Below are positions 1-11,700 of a stretch of DNA of 20,000 bases, one piece after another (position 1 is the first letter of the stretch; every line of letters begins with the position of its first letter). Source of the DNA: Trichoplax sp. H2 (taxonomy: Eukaryota). Under the pieces are notes generated by a model, which ran no database searches, was not told the origin of the DNA, and saw nothing but the letters and a program-made list of their open reading frames with translations. A program made the translations under genes and the position numbers. The stretch lies in NCBI GenBank assembly GCA_003344405.1, contig NOWV01000014.1:929111-949110 (forward strand), read 5' to 3'.

Positions 1-1
1 T

Positions 2-1291
2 CCATGGATTGCAATCGATTGCTTCTTGAAGCAGAACTTTACTGCGCACTTCTATTTTCTGTCTCATCTGCATCAAGACCATATGAAAGGACTCGATTCG
101 CCTGCTTTTAGAACTCACCTAAATGGACGACCGAAGTCTCGTATTTATTGCTCAGAGATTACCAAATCGATATTAATCAAAGATGCAAATTACTCCCACT
201 TAAAATTATTCCTTCAAAGTGTTCCCACCAATGACAAGATCTTCATTGAATTACAACAAACATTCGATACGTCGTATACTGAGATCGAGACGGTAGCAGT
301 TACATTTTTACCGTCTGGTCACTGTCCAGGATCGATGATGTTCTTATTGGAAGGTAAGCATGGCAACATACTTTATACTGGTGATTTTCGAATGGAGGGC
401 GATGAACATAAATTTATGGTATATAATTATCTAAGTGCAATCACCATTGATTCTGTCTATCTTGATACAACGTTTTGCCTACCTGAAATGATGACTATTC
501 CAAAGAGGAAAACTATTACAAAGCAGATCATCAACAAGATACAGCAATGGCTTTGTCAAGGTACCAATCATGTCGTTTGCCTTCGTTGTCGAGCAAGATT
601 AGGATATGAGTATTTATTATCTGAAATTGCCAAGAAGTTAAAGACGAAAATTCTCGTTCACAGCGATCAAATCAAACTCTATGATAATATACCTGAAGTT
701 CGATCCAATCTTACTTTAGTTGATAAAGAAACCAAAATTCATATGTGTATTAGAGGTAGATGTCGGCTTCTATCAGGGCCTCCCACACCTGATAGCAAGA
801 AATTGAAAATTTTACGTATTAAACCATGTGCATTATCATTCGCCTATAATATGGAAGCGTTGAAACAAGGCTGTTTTACCAGAGGTGCCAATTTTTACTC
901 GTTTCTATATTCTGCACACTCTTCTATGGCAGAAATTATAGAGTTTTTAAAATGCCTTCGTCCTTTAAAAGTTTATCCTAATGTCGTACCTGTGAAAGAT
1001 TCTGATCTCGATGCAGTCACACAAAGAATAAATGGTATTATGGGAAATTGCGATATTCCTCGTAAAAAGACAAAGATGACCGCATCTTGTAGTAATCCTG
1101 GCAAAGATCAAGGTAAAGAAATTTTACCATTGGAACCGATAGCAAATACTGATCTTGACTACAAAGCAAGCAGAAAAAAATCCGCTATTATGCAACTAAA
1201 TGACAAAAATTTGATGCTCGATGATGTCGATCCTTGCCAGCGTTTCATTTGCCGTAGGCGATCTCGAGATATTCAAAATAATAGTTCTTAA
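2..1291 (+). CDS. DCLRE1C: Artemis-like (SNM1C) DNA repair nuclease, metallo-beta-lactamase + beta-CASP; 5'-partial
   Basis: Frame is open from position 2 (PWIAIDCFLKQ..., cf. human Artemis YPTISIDRF), so the true start lies upstream of the window and the TTG at 26 is not the start. Motifs: FLSHLHQDHMKGL (human FLSHCHKDHMKGL), IYCSEITK, LPSGHCPGSMMFL, ILYTGDFR, SVYLDTTFC, LGYEYL, IHMC, IKP, YSAHSS, VYPNVVPV. These match Artemis better than SNM1A or Apollo. Stop TAA 1289-1291. Confidence 0.92.
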   Translation, partial: PWIAIDCFLKQNFTAHFYFLSHLHQDHMKGLDSPAFRTHLNGRPKSRIYCSEITKSILIKDANYSHLKLFLQSVPTNDKIFIELQQTFDTSYTEIETVAVTFLPSGHCPGSMMFLLEGKHGNILYTGDFRMEGDEHKFMVYNYLSAITIDSVYLDTTFCLPEMMTIPKRKTITKQIINKIQQWLCQGTNHVVCLRCRARLGYEYLLSEIAKKLKTKILVHSDQIKLYDNIPEVRSNLTLVDKETKIHMCIRGRCRLLSGPPTPDSKKLKILRIKPCALSFAYNMEALKQGCFTRGANFYSFLYSAHSSMAEIIEFLKCLRPLKVYPNVVPVKDSDLDAVTQRINGIMGNCDIPRKKTKMTASCSNPGKDQGKEILPLEPIANTDLDYKASRKKSAIMQLNDKNLMLDDVDPCQRFICRRRSRDIQNNSS

Positions 1292-1460
1292 GGAGACAGT
1301 AGTTACCTACTGAAAAAAATTCTCCAAATTTATAAATATCTTACTGTATTTATTTTTCTTCCCTTTTCTATACGTTAAATATACAAAATTTCAGATTTAG
1401 ACTATTGCTATTCTTTTAGGAATTTATCAACAATTCGATAGTAAATTTCAAACACGCAGC

Positions 1461-1466
1461 AATAAA
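1461..1466 (+). promoter_or_regulatory. Candidate polyadenylation signal (AATAAA) for the Artemis gene
   Basis: AATAAA about 170 nt after the stop codon. The motif is common in AT-rich DNA, so this is weak. Confidence 0.25.
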
Positions 1467-4400
1467 TTTGCTGATTCTGTGAACCCATCAAAAAATTTTT
1501 TTCTGATTCCGATGATAGCATAAATATAATATATCAAATCCTTTGCAATATTATTCATGTAGTAACTTATGAGAAAATATCTGTTAGGTTTTGTAAAATG
1601 TAAGTAATTCAAACAACATACTCTTTATTGGTATAATACTTATCAAATTATCGCAGTATTTTGCGTACGACTGTGGTAAAGAAAGATGTAATCATGCAAT
1701 GAAATGAGTATATTCTTTTCGTTTTAAATTTTTGACATATTTATGAGTCTGCTTTTTTTACTAGTATTTATATGGAATGAATTAGTAAAAGAATGTTAAA
1801 AGGATAAGCTTAAGTTTCATTAATCGAAGAGGTAGCAAAGCGTCTGTTGTATCAGCTTACGCATTACATACATAAAAAATTGGGTTACAAGAAGAAAGTA
1901 TGTGCTAAAGTACCGTACTACAATATTATCGCAGCTAACGCGAAAATTAACAGTAAAGTATTAATTAATCTATACTTTACTATACTATACTGTAGATGAT
2001 CTGGCTCATAAAAATTGCTGTAAATTATTTTCTCTTTCTGCAAGTTACGACGTGTAGTAAATTTATTCGTCACAATTAAGCATCAATTACAAATTGAAAT
2101 GAAAATAAGGATAAATAACCACCAAAATGCATCATAGTAAAAGTTTGTACTGATTTCTTCCTAGAACAGTTATTGGCTACATGACTGCTTACATGCAGTA
2201 TGTACCCCTACAGGTAGTCCTATTATAAAAGTCTGATACAGACGGATACTAAAAATTAGAAAGCAGTGTCAGCGAATGCTGATCGATATATACTATGAGT
2301 AAAGGATTTCAAAATCACAACAGTTGATATGAACTGCAAAAATATAGGCTAAAAATCTTGTAATGAAGGAAGAGCTGAATGCAATTATGGCAAGGTTAGA
2401 AATTTAGCTTTTTGAAAGTAATGGGTGCGCGTTGCATTTTAATTCGCCTAGAAGCATAGCCGCGTTATCTAAAACGATATCTCCAGAAGGGTCAGGGCAA
2501 CTTTACCGATTCTTATGCATCAGAAATATGAAAATAGATTTATACGTAAGATATGTCTTAAATAACGTATTTGATTAATTTACTTTGATTTTTATTATCA
2601 ATATACATTTCATGCTATCCATCTTCCTCGGCCATTTTTGGTCACTTGGTGAACAAAATAAATGGCCCATATATTTTTCGAGTGCATGCCTATTTCATTT
2701 CTAATTTTATAATGCATAAATTATATTAGAACCATAACAATTACATTTTAAACTTCTAGTAGTAACATTGAATATTACGTAGTATAACAAGGCATTTATT
2801 CAACGTATAACAAAAAACTGATATGAAATAAATTTGGTCTGCTCCCTTCCATGTATTCGAATGTACAATATATACGCGTAGGGGCCATAATATTAAAAAA
2901 TATTTAGTTTAGTCTTTAAGTAATAAAGCTATTGATAGTAACTAATGTCTTATCTAGTGTTACTTCGCAAAGCAATAGCAAGCCAACTAGGCTTTCGTGA
3001 GTAATTCCACATTTATTCGCTACATATTAAACAACATCAATCTCTTTATTTCCGTTGCAATAATTTTTTTAAGATATATTGAAAAAAACAGATTTTGGCT
3101 CATGCATTTTTGCGTCCTGTCAAGGTTGACACAAAGACAATTTGTTAATCTACCATGTCCTCGTTAGCTTATTTAGTGGTCGTAATTAATGCAAAGCGGA
3201 TAAGATACGTTGTGTTATTGCTGATTCCTCTCCCTTAAATAGCGTTTACTATTAAGATAACAATATTGAATTTAAATTGTTTCAATACCGGTATTCGACG
3301 GTGCTCAACAGTGTCAATTACATTAAAGTACATTATATTGATGGCTAATTCCTAAATAATTATCCTTCAGTTAGCATTAGTAAAGCTTTGCTAGAAGTAA
3401 TGATAATAAATTGAATAGCGTTAACTACACATTGACGGTGGTATTTTCTAGCATAGTTTTATGGTCAAAATTTTATATAAAGTAGGCGTAGAGTTGCGAT
3501 GATCCAATCTTATGCCTAATAGCGTACCGTCATAACCTAACCTAGTCTTCGACCATAGATTAATAGCATAATTTTGAGCATATTTAGCATGGCTGACATC
3601 TTACAGGCCGTAAATTCCAGTTGATGAAATTATCTGCTAGAGCATCGATGAGCATAAATATAAGCAACATCCTGTCGAATTATTAATAGTAGTCTTAAAT
3701 ATAGATACGTAACTTATATATCTAGTAATGGAAGTCCGTTGCACCATAGCTAATGGCAGTAATGTCTACAGAAGTATAGAAAAATTCTAGTTTACTAGAT
3801 TAAGTTATGCATCTGAAATACTATAGTCCTAAATGCAGATGACAATACAAGTATTAATTTGCTCAATTTATTCTATAAATTATAAACGTAGATATGCATT
3901 GTAGTTTAAAATATTTCAGCAATTTGTAACCATTTTTAAAAAATTTTATTCATGCAAAGAAGCTGCAGAAATAGATCAATAAGAGATTTCTATCTTTAAC
4001 AGCTTTATATTTTGTTATGCAACTTCATCATTACTATCGCCTTAACAAAGAAATATTCAATCCTAATCTAAAAAAATTTCGAAGACACAAAGTTCTGATA
4101 TGCAGTGATACTACCTGCAAGCAAATGATTCCTTTTCTGTGTTTGAAACACCTAATTGTATGATTCCATACTGTTTAGAAATTAGAAATTATAGTGCGAG
4201 GGCAACTTAATTACTTGCTATTTTAGAAAGGGCCTGTTACATACTGTAAACTAACATTCATGTATTTTTAACTGATATAAATACTGTAATTATCAAAATT
4301 ACCGCAGCGTTTTCCATTTACAATAAACTTAGGTATTATCAAATCCAGAAGAGTAAAACCTATAATAAGCTCTTGGTTGCTTACTCAAGACCAAAACTAC

Positions 4401-5708
4401 TATACTTTGTGCATTAATGTATATTAAAATGAGTATACGTTAATAGATGATCATATCCTCTTCACAAAATTAATAGCGATATTCTTAAAGAAGAAATGAT
4501 TTTAGTTTGTTACAGCATAGAATATTCGCCTAGAGCATCTTTTAAAAATCATGGCATCCCATCATTTTTATTGATAATTTATAATTGATTTAATTGCCAT
4601 TGTTTTGCTCAGGCTATGTTCACCAAGGCCTAAAAGAGGTTCTGGCTTTAACAATAGCAATTAATTTTAATTTTTTAATGTAATAAGTGAACATGAAAAA
4701 ATATTTTTACCGCTTTTGTTGCTGTATTTGCTATAGCCTTAAATTATATGCTGTCCTGAATCTTACTTATTCCTAACGTTATGTAGAATGGCGGGATTTA
4801 CGAAATAAAGCGATATACATGCTCATCGAATCAGGCCGTATAAACCAGCATTTATATAGCAATTTAGTATAATATATATTCATGGTTTTTGTTTCTGGAT
4901 TTCGCTTATTGATGGATTGTTCAAATTATTTCGGCGGATCATATTATTAATCTGCTAAAAAAATTCAAAATCTTACATTAAACAACAAAGACTCATTGAC
5001 TAGTTCGTAAATTTACGATCGAAATTGCACGGATTGTGTTTGTACGAAATATGCAGATAATTTTATGGTTAAATTTTCATGCATATACAATGAAGAATAT
5101 ATCGAGCACTATAATCAGCTGTAAGATGTAGACATAATCCTTAAGTACAATACTATTAAGAGCCCGAATGCGTGGATTTAGGAAAATTTTTAGATCACTA
5201 AGCAAATTTCTGATAGGCAGTCAGCAAATGACCGTTCTTATACTGTAAACGTATCCAAATTTCGTACAAAGTTTCATTCAAACAGAAACTGGGTATAGAA
5301 ACCTTACAATTTAAAATAATTCAGAATTTTTATCGTATTGAACCAATTGTTTATAAAAAGAAGTCCATATTATTTGCTATGATAGGTTTGTAATGTTACT
5401 GAAAACGAAATGGTATACACCCAGCATTGATTTTAAAATAGGTAAAAAATTAATTAATTATGATTCATTAGAGCATAAGGTTGTTTTTGTCAGCAATGTA
5501 ATGAGTGAATGAAGTGGAGGATTCTCCTTATGTTTGTAATTCTGCGTAGTTAAATAATGCATTTCAATAATTACAGACTAAGTCAGATTTTCAAAGGAAA
5601 GCTGATCAAAAGCCACAATCAAGACCGTTTTCTTCAATCGCAATGCTCCATAATTAATGAATTTTTCAAGCCAATTTCCTATCGTTTCTTGCCAGATATT
5701 CAGGCATA

Positions 5709-5799
5709 ATGCTTATGATGTCACACCTTCAATTCTGTATAAATTTAATCAAAATTGCTAGCATTTTGATCCTTTCGATAATGATCAAATCGATTACAG
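5709..5799 (+). CDS. LRR gene exon 1: signal peptide
   Basis: MLMMSHLQFCINLIKIASILILSIMIKSIT(G); hydrophobic core; phase-1 donor G|gtaact. The start could be any of three ATGs. An acceptor-like ttcttgccag ending at 5695 suggests an upstream UTR exon. Confidence 0.75.
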
Positions 5800-8700
5800 G
5801 TAACTCCCAAAACTTTAAACAGAGTAGATCTTTGTTCGATTCAAATAGGCATAATACTCGTAGGTGCATGTTTGACGGAAGTTAAAATAAATCTTCACGG
5901 TTATTGAAATTAAGGGTTGCGATAAACATTCTATAATTTACATTGTGTTTAGTATTACATTTATAGTTGAATATGTAGAAGTAATTATATGTCATCTTTG
6001 TTATCAATTTTCAAATCTATTCTAGTAAATTAAAGTTATGATTCTCTTTTAGGAAACGTTAAATTATGTCCAGAGTTTTGCGTTTGTGATTCCAGCATAT
6101 TGCAGTGTAAACATGCTAGTATCAACAAGATTCCCGTAATAAATTCCTCACCAGATAAATATTTAGAAATGTAAGTTTATATAACAATTCTATTGGAACT
6201 ATATCTACAGCTGTTAATGGGGCCATTTCTGAAAAAGAATAAAAGATAAATTTAAATCTAAAAATTGTACGTGATATTGTTAGTCGTTACTAGTATATTT
6301 TTAATAACATAACTAAAATTATTACTACCAATCCTTTATTTATTACATTACTTTGCATAAGACTAGATATGTCCTATATTATGAATGCAATTGATAGTCA
6401 GAACGGATTAATGAGATACATACCCTAACTTATTCATTTTGCCATCACAGCAATAGCAATTAGCTTAGCTTCCTTTGCGTCCTTGGCACAATTAAACTAA
6501 ACTGGGAAATTATTGATACTAGGTTAAAAATTATATAATACCAGCGGAAATACGTTCCATGCTTATAATTACTTATCTTACTTCTCTGGAATTTCGCTAT
6601 AAAGCTAAGATATTTTGCTTCTAATATCACCATAATAGTCCATACTAACTTATGAGATGTATTTTAATTTATTTTATTATACTATACGTCGCGCGAAACT
6701 CAGTTTGTTCACATTTCTATCATTGAAATACTTAAAAGTGCTACATTAAAAATAGTCAGCAATGCAACGCGAACAAAGTCTGAATCGTCTTAAGACTTGA
6801 TATATAGTAGCATCACTATGCTTATATGATCTTTGGTACATCTAATCGAAATAAAATAAATTTATACTGATCCAGTATACTACTAATGTTTATTATTTCG
6901 GCTTTCTTTTCTAACGCTTTTACCGTAAGTTTGTACTAGTAAGACTGAACATCGGCAGGCATAAAAATTAACCCTGGCAATAATAATAGACAATAACTGA
7001 TAGTATTCCCAGATTATAAGATGCTATATAGAATTATCATGGAAACATGGCATTATTATATCCCTATCCTTTACAGTAAACTTCATTTATGATTTTAAAA
7101 TTGATTTTTTGCTATAGATTATAAAGTGTAATTAATAAAGATTTTACCAGGTGTATTAGCATACATCTTCACAACATTTTATTATTATTAATGATGCCCT
7201 AAATCAATAGGACTTCACATAAAATTTAAAATGGAAGCTCTATAAATTAAACATTCCATTTTTTCATTAATTCTTGCTTTTATTTAGGAGTATGTATGAA
7301 AATAGCATTAAAGTCATTAACCAAACCGACTTTATAATTTATCCGAATTTAGAAATCATGTAAGTAATTGAATACAGTGATACATATTTGTTAAAGTGAT
7401 AAGTAGTTTTCCATACCGACAAGATTTTATTAATTAACTGAAAGCTTTGATCTAATGTGCTAATTATTCATATAAAAGAGACCTAAGCAGTAACGGACTT
7501 GAAACGATCCAGCCTAATACATTTTGTCGAATCAGTGGGCTTCTAGAATTGTAAGCTCTTTATTTAATGCTTAATTATGATGTGCCTTAAGAAATATATT
7601 TAACTTTTCCTGATAGCTATAATAAGTGCGAAGACAAATTTAATTAGCTAAAGTGATCAAAGATATTTATATGAGCGCAATTTCTAACAAACTGAACCGA
7701 TTTAATCTAATAATAAAGGTACTTATCGTTCAACCAACTAGGAGAACTAAATAGCTCTAGCTTTAATTGCCTCAAGACTCTAAACGTTTTGTAAGTGATA
7801 ATGGATACTTTACAATGCTATTGTAACTTCACTAAAAAATATTAAAGGTAATATTATTTAATGATGGTCCATCTTTCGCCAAAATAAATAATTGATTACT
7901 CATGCTGATTCCAAACAGTGCAGTAAGTTATTAACGTAGCATCTAAGTATCATATTTCGGCAGTTTAATAGTTTATTTTCAGTTACGGACTGGTTTTACT
8001 GTTATATTAGTTCAAAGACTGCATTTCCTCGTATTAAATATCCTCAAAGTAAGAAATCACTTATGATCAAGCGAACACCAAAACAATAATTTAATATTTA
8101 AATTGAGTGTTACAAAACGGCTCTTCGACAAGATAATGTAATGTACAATCAATAAGTCGATTCCCTAAACTACGTATCAGGAAGCAATATCTACCCTGTC
8201 AGGAAGACTTTTCCTATACTAGTAGACTACATAAAGACTTAGACACCTCGTATTTTACGTTAAACACTAATCTCAAGAACTCCCTTTATTATGCGATATA
8301 CCGTATTTTTATACTCATTTACAATAGTTAGACATCCTAGTTAGTAATGTTAACGTTGAAACCTTCTAATGAATCAAAAGCTAATTTTATCTTCTGGTAT
8401 CTAATGAAGACAACAGTATATATGAACAGAGGCATCTAATGACTAAATACAAAATAGTCAGATTACAATATATCCTATCCCGGAATATTTCGATGATAAT
8501 CTACAATTTACCATAAGTAAGTTATACTCACAGTGATTTGAATTGTAACAAGATTATTCTGGATTTTATCAATTTCAGTATGCTATATGTATGTATATGT
8601 ATCACTACCATAAAAGCTAATACTCTATCACATATCTGAATCAAAATCTCACTAAATAAGGGTAAACCAACAAAATTATCCTAATATAGATATTTCGACT

Positions 8701-11700
8701 ATAATCTCGATATTACAGTGTATAACAACACTGTAACATTGAGACTTATTACTCTCATACTGTTGATGGAGCACGTATATATATATATCAAGCATGTAGA
8801 TAGGTTAAAATGCTATGCAAATGATAAAAGAGACGTATTAATGATATTTATTTGATATTTAAGGTAAATAATTTCAATAATATCGATAATTTTATTATAT
8901 CAATATGAACACGCATCAGATTATAATCACACATGAACCAAAAGAAATGATCTTCATTTTTGTTTATACTCGTATACTAGATTCAAAAGGGTGAATTAGT
9001 GAGATTTTATTATTGCTTCTATAGTTAGTGCTATAACAGTTTTCAGCTTGACTTTCTTTGGAATAGGAGCCTTGCAGTTGCTGAATTAACCGAAATTCCA
9101 GAAGATTTCTTTTGTTTGTTTCCTGAATTACAAGAATTGTATGTTAACAAAATTTCTTCTTAGCTTTAATTCTCTCCTAGTTAGCCTTCAATAGGAATGA
9201 TTCGGGTTCTCTTTTAGGATATATTATGGGAATTATTTAAAGGAAATACGCAATAATACCTTCGCCTGCCTTACCAAATTGACGTCTTTGTATGTTTTAA
9301 AAAGAATTGCTTTCCAAAATTTGTTAGCGTAGATTTATTAATACAGTAAGATTGTTTAAAATTTAATTTCCATCCTAGTAAATAAATTTTCGATTCTCAT
9401 CTGATTGAGAGCCATTAAGAATAGCAGATATCATGCCTAAAAAATTTTCCGTAATTATAGCTTATTAAAGATATTTTCTGATATGACTGCTTATCGTCGA
9501 TTACTTCAAACTGATAATAACATCAAAGCAAGAATTATAGTTATTGATATTGTAGTAATTTCATTGGCTTTAATCAAAGACAGATTCTTATATTATTTTT
9601 CCTGATGTAATTTGCAAAAGATTTAGTTAGCTTAAATAGAATATAAAATTAAGTTAATATGATATAATAATAGCCAGATAAATTGCGATAATAAATAAAT
9701 ACTCTATTGGGCTGAAATTATTTCTCCTATTAATAATTAAATTATTTAGCTATTATTTTTAAATTTGAATTCTATCACAGAGATTTAGCAATGAATGAAA
9801 TCTCCTACATTGCGAGGGACTCATTCAAAAGTTTAACTTCGCTCTCGGAAATGTATGATCTAGATTCACAATTTTATAAACTATCTTAATGATATCAGCT
9901 TCTTGGTTAAATAGCTATTATTGCATAAAATATTACGATAACTAATATCAATAATTTCTAGATATCTGTCATATAATATTTTAACTTCCTATAAAGAAAG
10001 CCTCTTTGGAAAAAATACCAATTTAAAATACTTGTAAGTGAGGTCTGCTTAGCCCAAAAGCTGTGACGACATTTAACATACTGTATTCAACTTAGCAACT
10101 TAGCAACAAAAGAGAAACGAATGCTTGTTAAGTCAAAACCTTCTAGTTTCTATGATATCGTACTTATTATTATATGAATACCTTCATAACTATCGATTTA
10201 GCCACAATAGAAGTACTTTAGTTTTACCACAGTGTAAATGTAAGATTAAAAAGTTATTAACATTGCAATATATAGTAATAAATGTTTTAAATATTAAAAT
10301 ATTCTCAGGTATCTTCACTTTAATTTAATCGAAGAGGTTGGAAGCTCAAGCTTCTGCGAATCGGAAGCTTTAGTCAACCTGTAAGAATTCTGTATTTTAT
10401 AGGATTTTTTAGTATGATCTATAGTTTAATGATTTCTTTAACGATTTATTTTTGAAGAGGTAGACGTTTGACTAATATGAATTTCTATTCTTGCTAACTT
10501 TACATAAGATATCTGCATGGTAATAAGTTAGAAGATATCAACAATCAGACCTTAGGTTGTTTAAAAAAATTACAAATATTGTAAGTTCTAGGCTTAAATA
10601 AATGTACGAACATTGTCATACTAAGTATTTCGAATAATTTTTAAGCATACGGTGCGAAAAATAACAGCTTTCAGAAAAGTAATAGTAACCTATTTACAAG
10701 ATGTCTGTAATCTAGATTTTATGCCATTGGCAATTTTAGGAGAATGTTGAACATTTCTTTCTTGCTATATGCGGTAGGGATATTTCGTTAAATCCAATCA
10801 AAACTATTCACCCTAATTCTTTTTGTGGTATGCAACGCTTACATACCTTGTAAGTATTATAAGAAGAATGAGCGTAATTTTAATTGAATTACTTATTTAC
10901 TGATATTTCGTTTTGTAATTCATCTATTTGAGATTTTATTGGTCAATGCTTTAGTTTATATTCTTTTATTTCACGTAGAAACATGAAAAAAGTTGATTTA
11001 ACGTACATCAATAAAAATGACTTCAACTGCTTGGATAACCTTCAGACCTTGTATGCTTTTATAGTATATGAAAACATAGAAATGAGATATTGCTACAAAC
11101 TATAAAGATTAAATATTAAATAGCATACCGTAGTATATCTATTCATACTTTGTTTTAATTATTCTACAAAGAATTAAGATGCCTTAATTGAATATATTTA
11201 TTGATAAGAACTTAACTAGGTATCATTCATCATAATAAAGATTATATTATTCATAATTTCTCCTTGTTGAATGTCAGAAATTTACAGGGCAGTGCTATTA
11301 AGAATATAGAAAAAGACTCATTCTGCCATACTCCAGGATTGAGCAGCTTGTACGAATTTCAAAGAATAGATATTAAAATTTTGGAGTTATGCGAGCATAT
11401 GACTAAGCGCTAGCCTACTATACAAATTGTTTGAGATATTTTAATGGCTGCCATTGTAAAACGAGTTATTGCAAAACATAGTTTGTAACAATCTATTTTT
11501 AAAAGATATTGTAACTTTAGATTCGTGCAGATATATTATCAGGACTTCCATTTAGCCTAACAAAAACTAATCTATATATTTTTGTAATGATTATAATTTA
11601 CTCTCCTAATCTTAGGACCATAGAAAGATGCGAACTTGATGAAATAAGAAAGGATACCTTTGCTTGTTTAACAAAATTGGAAACCTTGTAGGTTCTGAAC

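Noticed and set aside
26-28. TTG start assigned to Artemis by the ORF track
   Set aside because: Homology, including the motif-1 Asp (IAIDC), continues upstream to the window edge, and the gene is eukaryotic.
5005-5018. 14-bp palindrome TCGTAAATTTACGA upstream of the LRR gene
   Set aside because: AT-rich and short enough to arise by chance; no factor can be assigned.
1530-5690. Possible additional gene or RNA gene in the intergenic stretch
   Set aside because: No ORF of 60 aa or more in the track, and no convincing exon chain or tRNA/rRNA/snRNA signature by eye. Small exons or 5' UTR exons cannot be excluded.
10125-10328. 67-aa ORF from the track
   Set aside because: Mostly intron of the LRR gene, overlapping exon 8 out of frame. 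TTG start, AT-rich composition, no recognisable motif.
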